Shown here: positions 36,848 through 45,811 of the stretch, one piece after another
Layout of the letters: every line of letters begins with the position of its first letter
Position numbering within the stretch: position 1 is the stretch's first letter
Assembly: GCA_039028615.1 (NCBI GenBank)
Contig: JBCCHT010000011.1
Location: 32,001-96,000 of the forward strand
DNA: 64,000 nt
From: Myxococcota bacterium
GTDB taxonomy: Bacteria > Myxococcota_A > Polyangia > Nannocystales > Nannocystaceae
Reading direction: 5' to 3'
The notes under the pieces: generated by a model
What the model saw: only the letters and a program-made list of their open reading frames with translations
Told to the model about the DNA's origin: nothing
The model's database searches: none
Made by a program: the position numbers and the translations under genes

Positions 36848-37774
36848 TCAGTCCGTGCGCTGGGCTTTTTCTCGGCTCGCCGCGTTCTCCAGGAACCGCT
36901 GCATCACTCGCTTCAGGGCGATGAGGACCACCATGATGAGGACCGCGGACCCGAGGGTCAGCCACCACTGGGAAGACAGGAACAGGGCCCCGATAAAGCC
37001 CAGCACCACCGCCACCGTGAGCACAGGGAAGAGGTAGAAGAACACGTTGAAGGCGAGGACCGCCACCCGAGTCTGGGCCTTGTCGTTGACGTGCGGCCAG
37101 GGGCGCGCTGGCATCGGGACCTGCAGGGCGCCGCAGACCTTCTCGTACGCGTCGCCGTAGGGGTTCTCGAGCACCATCAATCGCTCTGCAGGCACCGTGG
37201 CCTCCACCCTCTCGAGCCACCGCTCAAAGCTCGCCTCGATGCGCTCGGCCTCGGCTTCGGATTCGAAGTGGAACAGCTCGCCGTCCATCGCCACGGGCTC
37301 GCCCCATTGCCGCGTCATCGGGATGATGGCCCCGGGCAGCCCCAGCATCCCCACCACCGGGAGCCGATAGAGGAGTCGGTTCGCCGGGCCGAAGAGGGAG
37401 ACCCCCGGGGCCCTCGACAAGCGGAGGATGCCGTAGACGATCTCGGCCATCGAGGCCCGCCAACGCGCGGCATCCCGCTTGGTCAACATCACCGTGGCGT
37501 CGGGATAGAGCGCCATCAGGTCTTCGTACACGAAGCACGCAGGCGCATCACAGCAGGCCACGTAGCCATCGAAGATGCGCTCCAGCAGCTCCATGCGCCG
37601 CGGATCCCCGCTCGGGAGCCCTCCGAGCTCGATCCACATCTCGAGATCACCGCGGCCCTTCGCCGCGTTCTCGAACAGGGTCTTCATGTGGTAGCAGGGC
37701 GCGCCCAGGTCGTTGAGCGCGGCGTACAGGCTCATCGTCCCCGTGCGTGGAAGTGCAGCACCGATCAGCTTCAC
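36848..37774 (-). CDS. Sulfotransferase-like (Sulfotransfer_4) protein with C-terminal TM helices
   Basis: KLIGAALPRTGTMSL..AL..LG.PCYHM, D.P, YPDA.V.LTKRD...W..S, PWPHVN. Confidence 0.85.
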   Translation of the reverse strand: MKLIGAALPRTGTMSLYAALNDLGAPCYHMKTLFENAAKGRGDLEMWIELGGLPSGDPRRMELLERIFDGYVACCDAPACFVYEDLMALYPDATVMLTKRDAARWRASMAEIVYGILRLSRAPGVSLFGPANRLLYRLPVVGMLGLPGAIIPMTRQWGEPVAMDGELFHFESEAEAERIEASFERWLERVEATVPAERLMVLENPYGDAYEKVCGALQVPMPARPWPHVNDKAQTRVAVLAFNVFFYLFPVLTVAVVLGFIGALFLSSQWWLTLGSAVLIMVVLIALKRVMQRFLENAASREKAQRTD

Positions 37775-37856
37775 AGCAGGCCCTCCCGGCCGGTGGCGAT
37801 CGTACACCGAAACCCCGGACGGGGGCGGGAGTGTGCTCGGGCGGCAGCTCAGGGAT

Positions 37857-38276
37857 TCACGCCGTGCTCGTAGGGTGTGTGCTGCAGCCGTATTGGGGAC
37901 ATCCGTACCCAAAGCCCCTCGGAGTCACCCGGCTGCAATTCGAGCAACGGACCTTCCTCGGCTGTTGAATGACGTACTCATCGCCCAGAAAGACCTCCGC
38001 AATGAAAGACTTGGCATGCCCGGCGTCTACAATGCCCGTCAGCACGAAGTCGTAGAACGTCAGCGTTCGACCGCAGGGGCACGTGTACTTGGCAAGGTAG
38101 TGATCATCGTCGGCGAGGGCTCCCGGCTTCAGATCGAGCAGCCGCTCTGTCTTCGCCCTTTCTTCCGCATCAGACTTCGTGAACCTCTCGGGGTCCTCGA
38201 GTTCCGACTTTGGTACCGTTCGGTCTTTGAATTCCTGTTCGGTGATCGATGAGATGGCGTAGCGTTTGTCTTCCAT
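37857..38276 (-). CDS. Small putative zinc-binding protein
   Basis: CPCG and CSNC pairs plus a YGC..YGC C-terminus; GGAGG RBS upstream on the minus strand. Confidence 0.65.
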   Translation of the reverse strand: MEDKRYAISSITEQEFKDRTVPKSELEDPERFTKSDAEERAKTERLLDLKPGALADDDHYLAKYTCPCGRTLTFYDFVLTGIVDAGHAKSFIAEVFLGDEYVIQQPRKVRCSNCSRVTPRGFGYGCPQYGCSTHPTSTA

Positions 38277-38594
38277 GGCCTGGCAGTTCCTCCGCCCCCC
38301 AAACGTGACCTGGTCGGGCGAAACAACGCCGTTATCGGGATGTAGGTCGACAATGGCGCGCAGGCTCGGAAAAACCGATGCTTGCCCGAAACGCCGACAT
38401 GGAACTCGGCGAGGACCCCAATCTAGTGCCCCATACTCGGTCGCGCCCGGCCGCCTCCTGGAAGACTCCAGTCACATCGAAAACTAGCCGCCATCCCCGT
38501 CGCTCGGGGGGGTCGCAGATCGAAGGCTCGCACCGAGATCGAGCGCGTGCGATCAAAATGGTCGAAGAGGCCGTGCGCGTCTATCGAACCATGC

Positions 38595-38894
38595 CTAGTT
38601 GTCGGGCATGCAAGTGTACAGGTCGTCGCCGTTGTGCCAGCAAGACTCGTCGGCGTCGCACTCCATGAGCACGACCCACCGGTAGTCCGTCAACGACGAG
38701 CAAAACAAGATGTTCTCCAGGGCGTCGTCACAGGTCATGAGGCCCTCCCTGGGATCGATGCCCCGACACGAATCCCCTGGAACCACGCCGTCGGTATCCC
38801 GCGGGTCTCGCTTCTCACACGAGCAGCTGAATCGGCCGCCGACCAACAAGGCAAGCGCTGCCCCGAGAGCAAAGCGGGCGTACCGTCGCTTCAT
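38595..38894 (-). CDS. Small exported Cys-rich protein
   Basis: MKRRYARFALGAALALLVGG signal; eight Cys. Confidence 0.55.
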   Translation of the reverse strand: MKRRYARFALGAALALLVGGRFSCSCEKRDPRDTDGVVPGDSCRGIDPREGLMTCDDALENILFCSSLTDYRWVVLMECDADESCWHNGDDLYTCMPDN

Positions 38895-38999
38895 GCCCGA
38901 GAGCATACCGCACGGGGGCACGCGAAGTCCCGCCCCGGCGACAGTCGCTCGCCTTCGTTCGACGCGAGAGCGGTGAACGGATGTGTCCTGCTGCGGCCG

Positions 39000-39347
39000 T
39001 CAGCTCACGAGTACGAAGAGCACCGCGACGAAGGCGGGGAAGGCCACGAGTACACCGACCGTGGGCACGACCCACGGCCTCCGCTGACGAAATGCCGAGA
39101 ACCCGGGCGTATCCCAACTTCGGCTGGCGCCATACAGCGCGACGCCCAGCGCGGCAAACAAGCCTACGTACGGCCAGCCCTGCGGCAGAGGAACCCCGCC
39201 GTCGACGCCATTGGCGCTGATTTGGAAGCCCTGCCCGGTCGTGGTCGCGATCATCACCGCCACGGCGAACAGACCCGCGAACCCTGCGAGTCCGAACAGC
39301 ATCAAGCTCATGAACGAGGCCGGGCCCTGGCGCGTGGCGGTCATCAA
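39000..39347 (-). CDS. Small membrane protein
   Basis: Three hydrophobic segments. Confidence 0.55.
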   Translation of the reverse strand: MMTATRQGPASFMSLMLFGLAGFAGLFAVAVMIATTTGQGFQISANGVDGGVPLPQGWPYVGLFAALGVALYGASRSWDTPGFSAFRQRRPWVVPTVGVLVAFPAFVAVLFVLVS

Positions 39348-39530
39348 TGCGATCGACGAGCGCCATGCTTCGCAGTTGCACGCGTTGTTGGCTGCGGGCC
39401 TACGATCTCCGCAAACTGCAGTGAACCCCAGACCTACCTCGCTCTAGAGTAAGCCGCCCTCACGATCGCCCGAGACCCCGCGGGAGCACGGTAGTCTCGT
39501 GCAGCCATACTCGTGGCGAATGCCCGGCGT

Positions 39531-39860
39531 TCAGAGGTCGCCCTCGGACTCTCCATCCGTCGAGTACCCAGCCCTTGTTGCGTCGTACGTGGGCTCCCCC
39601 AAGACATCTCCTCGCACGGGGACCGTGACGAAAAAATCTCGACCGCACTGGCCACACTCGTCGTAGGCGGCGAGGTCTGCCGTCCCGTTGGGAGGGCGTC
39701 CACCGTTCTGGGGTTCCTTTCGCGGCACCCAAACGTACTTCGCCCCGGGCTTGAACCTCAGCTGGTTTCGCAGGCCTGCCCGTAGCTCGAACTCAAACTC
39801 TCCGTCGTAGCCGCACAACGGACAGCGAAAGGTCGTATCCAGGTAGTTGACTGCTCCCAT
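39531..39860 (-). CDS. Small CxxC..CxxC zinc-ribbon-like protein
   Basis: CPLCG and ECGQCG. Confidence 0.65.
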   Translation of the reverse strand: MGAVNYLDTTFRCPLCGYDGEFEFELRAGLRNQLRFKPGAKYVWVPRKEPQNGGRPPNGTADLAAYDECGQCGRDFFVTVPVRGDVLGEPTYDATRAGYSTDGESEGDL

Positions 39861-39949
39861 GACGGTCTCGCGCTCGGAATCTTGCTCGGCGGTGGTGGCC
39901 TCAGCCGAGCCGGTTGGCGCGCGAGCAGGATTTTGGCACGCAGTCGCCC

Positions 39950-40246
39950 GACGAGTGAGTCACGGCCACTCTCGAAGTGGCAGTGTCGGACACCGCACAG
40001 CGCAAGGCAGGCCTCCCTGCCTGCGGCCCGCACATCCTGCGGCCTACGTTCTGCTCGTACCTCGCCACGCGAGGCGAACCCGGCCGAGTCATCCAAGAAC
40101 TCGCCGGCCACAGCAGCATCGTGGTCACCGAGCGATACATGCACCTCGCTCCGGCGGCCAAACGAAACGCGGTCGAGCGACTCGCTCGACCGTCGAATTG
40201 GAGACATTCTGGAGACGGCCACGAACGCGTGGCCCAACTCCAATGA
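39950..40246 (+). pseudogene. Tyrosine recombinase/integrase C-terminal remnant
   Basis: AQRKAGL...HILRPTFCSYLA.RG.....IQELAGHS....TERYMHL; the usual HxLRHT reads HILRPT and the N-terminal domains are missing. Confidence 0.85.
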
Positions 40247-40274
40247 TCTCGGAGGCTCATAGCCTCAATCGCCG

Positions 40275-40844
40275 CTAGAAGTAGTAGCGAATCTTGAACG
40301 AGAAGTCCCCGTGCGGCAGATCGGGGTACACCAGGTACGGCGCCCACGAGCCTTCGACCATGGTGTCCAGCGGCACGGTCTTCCAGTGAAAACCCAGGCC
40401 GAGGATCGGCAGTCGCATGAACATGCCGACGCCACCGCCCCCGCGATAGCGGTCGTCGTAGTGCCGCCCGTGGTAGTAGCCGCGCCCCGCCCAGAAGGCC
40501 ATGCCGAGGCCGATGCCGAGGTAGGGCAGGAAGTCCATGGTGCTGTTGGAGACGAAGGTGCCCGGGTGCCAGAGGTAGTCGACGCCGAGGCGGCCGTGGC
40601 CGTGGTGGAAGGGGGCCCAACCCAGGTCAGCCTGGATGGCGTGGTTGGGGGCCATGAAATACTTGAGCGAAGCACCCATGGGGCCGCCGAGGCTGAGGCC
40701 GACGCCCAGGTTGCCGCCCTTGCCGCGGATCTTGTTGCCCGGGGTGGGCGCTGCTTCGGCGTCGGTGCTGATGCCCACCGTCGCCAGGCCGATGCCCGCC
40801 GCCAGGGTGTAGCCGAACCACTTGCCTCGTGTGCTTGCCTTCAT
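40275..40844 (-). CDS. Small outer-membrane beta-barrel-like protein (DUF3996-like)
   Basis: Signal peptide (AEA-A), GVGLSLGGP.G.SLKYF, alternating beta strands, C-terminal RYYF. Confidence 0.75.
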   Translation of the reverse strand: MKASTRGKWFGYTLAAGIGLATVGISTDAEAAPTPGNKIRGKGGNLGVGLSLGGPMGASLKYFMAPNHAIQADLGWAPFHHGHGRLGVDYLWHPGTFVSNSTMDFLPYLGIGLGMAFWAGRGYYHGRHYDDRYRGGGGVGMFMRLPILGLGFHWKTVPLDTMVEGSWAPYLVYPDLPHGDFSFKIRYYF

Positions 40845-41011
40845 TGCCGTCCTCCCACGTGCGCGGGTCGATAGGCGACGCCGCTGGGATCGTCGAGACG
40901 ATCGGCGAGGACCATCCATGCATTCGGAGGACAGGTCAATCGACACAGCGCGATTCGAAGCACAGAGGGGACGGGGTTCCGCAGGGCTGCTGGACACTTC
41001 GATGATTGTAG

Positions 41012-41638
41012 TCAAAAAGCGTGGTGCAGCTCGATCCGCCAGTGTTCGGGGCGATCGGCTGCATCGGCGGGCACGGTTTCGACTGTGGGCCGTCCTACGT
41101 CTGCGGCACGAGCAAGAGCAATGGCGGTCTCCAGCATGGGGCGAGGCCTGAGTTCGGGCCGCGCTCGCAAGGCACTGCGCCTCAACTGAGGCACTTCGAG
41201 TCGAAGTTCGTTTTTCGCCGAGGGTGTACGGGCGAGCAACAGCGCAGCTGCCGACGCTTCGTTGTGGGGGGGAGTCGCATCCTGAGAAAAAATCACGAGC
41301 ACGCGGTCGTGATCGGCGAGCAACCCCATCGCCTCGAGCAAGGTCATGGCGAGCGTGGCGGCGCCGGCATGAACGACTCCTACCGCCAAGCCCGGCGCGA
41401 CAATTCGACGGAGCGCCGAGCCGGGGCCGAGCACGATCTTCGATCCCACCGGAACACCTACGACCCACGGGAGCTCGGCGAGCGAGTCTGCGGTCCGTTC
41501 GACGAGCGAGCCGAGCACGTGGGCGAGCGCCCGAGTGGAGAGATCGGCGGCGAGACGTTCGGCGCGTGGCAGCAGCTCGGCAACCGGCGGACCCGAGTCC
41601 GCGTCCCACCAGGCGGCGGCCTGGATGTGGGCCGGCAT
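41012..41638 (-). CDS. Beta-ketoacyl synthase chain-length-factor-like protein (divergent)
   Basis: P....LLP...R....LSTR; AG..T....LLEA...L......VLV...D; A.ALLL; TGATG overlap with the upstream KS-like gene. Confidence 0.6.
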   Translation of the reverse strand: MPAHIQAAAWWDADSGPPVAELLPRAERLAADLSTRALAHVLGSLVERTADSLAELPWVVGVPVGSKIVLGPGSALRRIVAPGLAVGVVHAGAATLAMTLLEAMGLLADHDRVLVIFSQDATPPHNEASAAALLLARTPSAKNELRLEVPQLRRSALRARPELRPRPMLETAIALARAADVGRPTVETVPADAADRPEHWRIELHHAF

Positions 41639-42504
41639 CAGGCGCGAGCCTCGAGCAACAGGGCCACGTGGTGGCCACCCGGAGAGAACGCGTGCACCAG
41701 CGCTCGGTCGTGCTCCAGCTCGTGGCGTGCCGCATCCGGGGTGTAGCCGGCGACCAGCGCCGCCGCGGCGAGCACCGCATCGATGGCCCCCGCGGCGGCT
41801 CCTTCGGTGGGCACTGCGGACCGCGTCGTACAGGACGGCACCTGCGGCCAGCGCTCTTCGATCACGCGACGCTCGGCGTCGGCGTGCGCGGGTTGATCGT
41901 CGGTCGCGAACCGGTGGACGTAGCCGAGGGCGGGCGAACCGACGGCTGCCCAGGCGCCATCCATCGCTCGCGTCACCGCGGTCTCGTCGAGGGTCTGAGC
42001 GTCGGTGTTGCCGGTCGCCTCGGCACTCGCGGCGAGCCGGACGAAGGCGTCGCCGTGTTTCTCGACGAGCACCAGCGCGCCCTGATCGTCGTCGATGCCT
42101 CCGACCAGGACGGCATCGGCCAAAGACGCTCGGAGCATGCGCTCGGCGGATGCCAACGCCTTTGCCCCGCCGGCTCCGGTCGCGGCGACGTGATAGGCCG
42201 GACCCGCCACGCCCGCTCGGCGGCGCACCAGGCCCAGCACGGACGACAAGCGGGTCAGCGGTTGATCGATGGTGGGCGCACAGCTGCCCAGGATGACGGC
42301 GACCCTCGAAGCTCCCCAGCGCGCACATGCATCGGCGCAGTGCGAGCCCAGGTCGTCGAGCAGTGCACTCGCGACGGCTTCCGGCTCGAGGGCGCGAGCG
42401 GCCGGAGTCGTTGCAGCCGCTTCGTGCAATCGGTCGAGCAGGACGCCCGCTTCGTCACCCCCGGGATGACGCAGCGACCACGCCGTGAGGGGAAACCCAG
42501 CCAT
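41638..42504 (-). CDS. Degenerate beta-ketoacyl synthase (FabF/aryl-polyene KS-like) lacking catalytic residues
   Basis: GPAYHV(AATGAGG)AKALASA.RML....ADAVLVGGID, GA.AGAIDA, F.PGG.H.ALL; no Cys or His at the active-site positions. Confidence 0.7.
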   Translation of the reverse strand: MAGFPLTAWSLRHPGGDEAGVLLDRLHEAAATTPAARALEPEAVASALLDDLGSHCADACARWGASRVAVILGSCAPTIDQPLTRLSSVLGLVRRRAGVAGPAYHVAATGAGGAKALASAERMLRASLADAVLVGGIDDDQGALVLVEKHGDAFVRLAASAEATGNTDAQTLDETAVTRAMDGAWAAVGSPALGYVHRFATDDQPAHADAERRVIEERWPQVPSCTTRSAVPTEGAAAGAIDAVLAAAALVAGYTPDAARHELEHDRALVHAFSPGGHHVALLLEARA

Positions 42505-42511
42505 GAGAAGG

Positions 42512-44086
42512 CTAGCGACGCCCGCCGGACTTCTTGCCCCGGGTGCTCTTCTTCTTCGCCGCCGGGGCTTTCTTCGCGCTCTTCTTCGCAGCCGGGGCCT
42601 TCTTCGCGCTCTTCTTCGCCGCCGGGGCTTTCTTCGCGCTCTTCTTCGCAACCGGGGCCTTCTTCGCGCTCTTCTTCTTCGCCGCGGGGGCTTTTTTCGC
42701 GCTCTTCTTCGCCGCCGGAGCCTTCTTCGCGCTCTTCTTCGCGGCGGGGGCCTTCTTCGCCGCCGGGGCCTTCTTCGCGCTCTTCTTCGCCGCCGGAGCC
42801 TTGGCCGCCTTCTTCTTGGCGGTCGGCGCCTTCGCCGTCTTCTTCGCCGCGGGGGCCTTTGCCGTCTTCTTCGCGGCCGGAGCCTTCGCGGCCTTCTTCG
42901 CCGCGGGTGCCTTTGCCGTCTTCTTCGCGGCCGGTGCCTTCGCGGCCTTCTTCGCCGCGGGGGCCTTCGCCGTCTTCTTCGCGGCCGGTGCCTTCGCGGC
43001 CTTCTTCGCCGCGGGGGCCTTCGCCGTCTTCTTCGCTGCCTTCTTCGCCGCGGGGGCCTTTGCCGTCTTCTTCGCTGCCTTCTTCGCCGCAGGCTCTTGC
43101 TTCGCGCTTTTCTTCGCTACCGGAGCCTTCTTCGGTGCAGGAGCTTGCTCCGTGCTCTTCTTCGCCGCCGGGGCCTTTGCTGGCGCTTTCTTGGCGTTCT
43201 TCTTCGCCGCCGGAGCCTTCTTCGCGCTCTTCTTCTTCGCCGTGGGGGCCTTCGCTGCCTTCTTTGCCGCGGGGGCCTTCGCCGTCTTCTTGGCGGCCTT
43301 CTTCGCCTCAGGCTCTTGCTTCGCGCTCTTCTTCGCTACCGGAGTTTTCTCCGTGCTCTTCTTCGCCGCCGAGGCCTTCGCTGCCTTCTTTTTTGCTGGC
43401 GCTTTCTTGGCGCTCTTCTTCGCCGCCGGAGCCTTGGCCGCCTTCTTCTTCGCTGCCTTCTTCGCTGCGGGTTTGGTCTCGGCCTTGTCCTCGGACTCGC
43501 TCACCGACTCCTCCGAAGCGGGTTCGGGAGCAGCATCGGCGGCCTCACCATTCTCGCCGCCCGCCGTCGAATCGTCCGCCTTTGCCTCGTCCTCGGCCGC
43601 GGGCTCGGCCTTCTTGGCGCTCTTGTTCTTGCCGGCCTTCTTCTTGCTCGCCGCTTTCTTCTTCTTGCCGGACTTCTTGGCCTCGGTCTCCTCGACGACC
43701 TCGGCCTCTTCGGCGGGCGCAGCTTCCTCTTCGTCCACCTCCCAGAACCCGATCTGCGTCCCACCGGGATCTTCGACGATCGCCAGCGCACCGAAGCCGG
43801 GCACGGGCGTGTAGTCGACGACGACCTCGCCACCGGCCCCACGCACCTTGCGGAGCAGGGCCTTGATGTTGGGCACGCCGACGTAGGGGACCCAGTGCGA
43901 GGGGCGGCTGTCGTCGGGGTTGGGCTGGAGGCCACCGTCGAGGCCGGAGGGGGTGCGGATCTGGGTGTAGCTGGATTCACCAACGTCGACGTCGACGAAG
44001 TCCCAGTCGAACAAGGCGTCGTAGAAGCTACGGACCTTGGCGGGGGCAGTCGTGTTGAGCTCGAAGTGGACGAAGGCGTGGCGCAT
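42512..44086 (-). CDS. VOC/glyoxalase domain fused to acidic linker and histone-H1-like Lys/Ala/Pro repeat tail
   Basis: FVHFEL.T......FY..LFDW ... WVPYV.V.....L....GG ... DP.G...GFW, then many KKAPAAKK units. Confidence 0.85.
   Translation of the reverse strand: MRHAFVHFELNTTAPAKVRSFYDALFDWDFVDVDVGESSYTQIRTPSGLDGGLQPNPDDSRPSHWVPYVGVPNIKALLRKVRGAGGEVVVDYTPVPGFGALAIVEDPGGTQIGFWEVDEEEAAPAEEAEVVEETEAKKSGKKKKAASKKKAGKNKSAKKAEPAAEDEAKADDSTAGGENGEAADAAPEPASEESVSESEDKAETKPAAKKAAKKKAAKAPAAKKSAKKAPAKKKAAKASAAKKSTEKTPVAKKSAKQEPEAKKAAKKTAKAPAAKKAAKAPTAKKKSAKKAPAAKKNAKKAPAKAPAAKKSTEQAPAPKKAPVAKKSAKQEPAAKKAAKKTAKAPAAKKAAKKTAKAPAAKKAAKAPAAKKTAKAPAAKKAAKAPAAKKTAKAPAAKKAAKAPAAKKTAKAPAAKKTAKAPTAKKKAAKAPAAKKSAKKAPAAKKAPAAKKSAKKAPAAKKSAKKAPAAKKKSAKKAPVAKKSAKKAPAAKKSAKKAPAAKKSAKKAPAAKKKSTRGKKSGGRR
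42540..43470 (-). repeat. Tandem coding repeat (~27-33 bp units) encoding KAPAAKKxA
   Basis: Repeated CTTCTTCGCCGCGGGGGC-type units on the + strand. Confidence 0.9.
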
Positions 44087-44197
44087 CGAGGAAAGCTCCG
44101 GGTTGGGCGCCCGTATTACTACGCAGCCCGAGGGGCATCAATGTGGCGGATTCCGTGACCGTGCCTCGACGACCCCGGGCTGCTACCGTGAGGGCCA

Positions 44198-45811
44198 ATG
44201 GCCGTTTTGCGCGCTGCTGTGTGCCTGTGCTTGGGGGGTCTGGCGGCCTGCCTCGCCGAGCCGCTGCCTCCCGACTACGGGGGAGACGCGGTGTGGGCCC
44301 CGATCGACTTCGAGGGATCGGCCGATCGCAACGAGCCGGTGGGACCGGTCGACCCCGACGCGCAGCGACCCGCAGGGCCCATCCAGCTGGTCGATGTCAG
44401 CGATGCGGCGGGGCTGTCGGGGGTGGCCGCGGGGGGCAATACCCACGGGGTGGGCGTGGCCTTTGCCGATCTCGACGGCGACGACTGGGCCGATATCGTG
44501 GTGATCAACGGCACGAGCAACGTGACGGGCCAGAACTTTCCCTCGCGGATGCTCCGCAATCGCGGCGATGGCACCTTCGAGGACGTGACCGAGGCCTCGG
44601 GCCTGGGCGCTGCGCTCGGCGGCCTCGATGGCTACTCGATCGCCACCGGCGACGTGGACGGCGATGGAGACATCGATCTGTACGTAGGGGCTCAACCTAC
44701 CGATCGGCTGCTGCGCAACCAGGGCGACGGCACCTTCATCGACGACACGGCGGCCTCGGGTGCAGGCGGGCCTCCGTCCGAGCCAGCGCTGGTCGGCGAC
44801 GGCAAGAGCAAGGTGGTGTCGATGGGCGACGTGGACGACGACGGCGACCTCGACATCGTCTCCGCCTCGAGCACCCTCCCCTTCCCCGGGGCGTACCTGC
44901 TGCGCAACGAAGGCGATGGCTCCTTCGTCGACGTCACCGAGGACAGCGGGGTGCAGATCAACCCCTCGGGCAATCCCTGCGCGGTGATGTGGAGCGACTA
45001 CGACACCGATGGCGACCGCGACCTCTGGATCTGGAACGACCGCGGCGGCAAGATCTTGCTGGCCAACGAGGGCGGCCGGCTCCGCGACGCGACGGCGGCG
45101 GCCGGCCTCGACGCGGTGCAGATCTTCAACCCGATGGGCATCGACGGCGCCGACATCGATCACGACGGCGACCTCGACTACTACGTCTCGAACATCGGCG
45201 ATAACCCGCTGCTGCGCAACAACGGCAACGGGACCTTCGTGGACATCACCGATCGGGCGGGCACGGGGGGCCAGTATGGCTGGGGCCTGGGCTTCGAGGA
45301 CTTCGACGGCGACGGCTGGGCGGACATCTTCGTGGCGCAAGAAGACGATCGCCCGGAGCTGGTGTTCCACAACCGCGGCGAGAGCCCGCCCGCGTTCGAC
45401 GAGATCGCGGTGCCCCACCCGGCCGTGCTCCACACCGGGGCCGCCCACAACGTGGCGGTGGCCTTCGCCGACTTCGACCACGACGGCCGCACCGACGCCC
45501 TGACCGCCCGCACCGATGGTTCTCGCGTCACGCTGTATCGCAACGAGACCGATCTCGGCACCCACGGCACGCTGGACGTGGTGATCGACCGCGAGGCGGT
45601 CGGGGCCCGCATCGCAGTGGCAACCGGCGATCTGGTGCAGTTCGAGGACATCACGGGCGGCTCGAGCCGCGCCTCGAACAACGAGCTGAGCGCACGCTTC
45701 GGGCTGGGTCAGTACCTGGGAGCCGACTGGGTCGCCGTGCTGTGGCCCAGCGGCGGTCAGTCGGTGGTCCGCAACGTCGGGGCGGGACAGCGCCTGCGGT
45801 TCACCGAGTGA
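44198..45811 (+). CDS. CRTAC1 / FG-GAP repeat lipoprotein with ASPIC/UnbV domain
   Basis: Multiple D.DGDGD.D repeats, RN.GDGTF.DVT, FGLG...V.VLWPSG. Confidence 0.9.
   Translation: MAVLRAAVCLCLGGLAACLAEPLPPDYGGDAVWAPIDFEGSADRNEPVGPVDPDAQRPAGPIQLVDVSDAAGLSGVAAGGNTHGVGVAFADLDGDDWADIVVINGTSNVTGQNFPSRMLRNRGDGTFEDVTEASGLGAALGGLDGYSIATGDVDGDGDIDLYVGAQPTDRLLRNQGDGTFIDDTAASGAGGPPSEPALVGDGKSKVVSMGDVDDDGDLDIVSASSTLPFPGAYLLRNEGDGSFVDVTEDSGVQINPSGNPCAVMWSDYDTDGDRDLWIWNDRGGKILLANEGGRLRDATAAAGLDAVQIFNPMGIDGADIDHDGDLDYYVSNIGDNPLLRNNGNGTFVDITDRAGTGGQYGWGLGFEDFDGDGWADIFVAQEDDRPELVFHNRGESPPAFDEIAVPHPAVLHTGAAHNVAVAFADFDHDGRTDALTARTDGSRVTLYRNETDLGTHGTLDVVIDREAVGARIAVATGDLVQFEDITGGSSRASNNELSARFGLGQYLGADWVAVLWPSGGQSVVRNVGAGQRLRFTE

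Noticed and set aside
40200..40275. tRNA/attachment site after the integrase remnant
   Set aside because: No T-arm (GTTCGA) or CCA-type tRNA segment visible on either strand.
42540..43470. Possible CRISPR-like array
   Set aside because: Units are contiguous, codon-phased and degenerate, with no unique spacers and no cas genes.
42534..43814. 426-aa + strand ORF rich in FFAAGA, and the overlapping RRGLL / SSS frames
   Set aside because: Antisense shadows of the Lys/Ala repeat gene.
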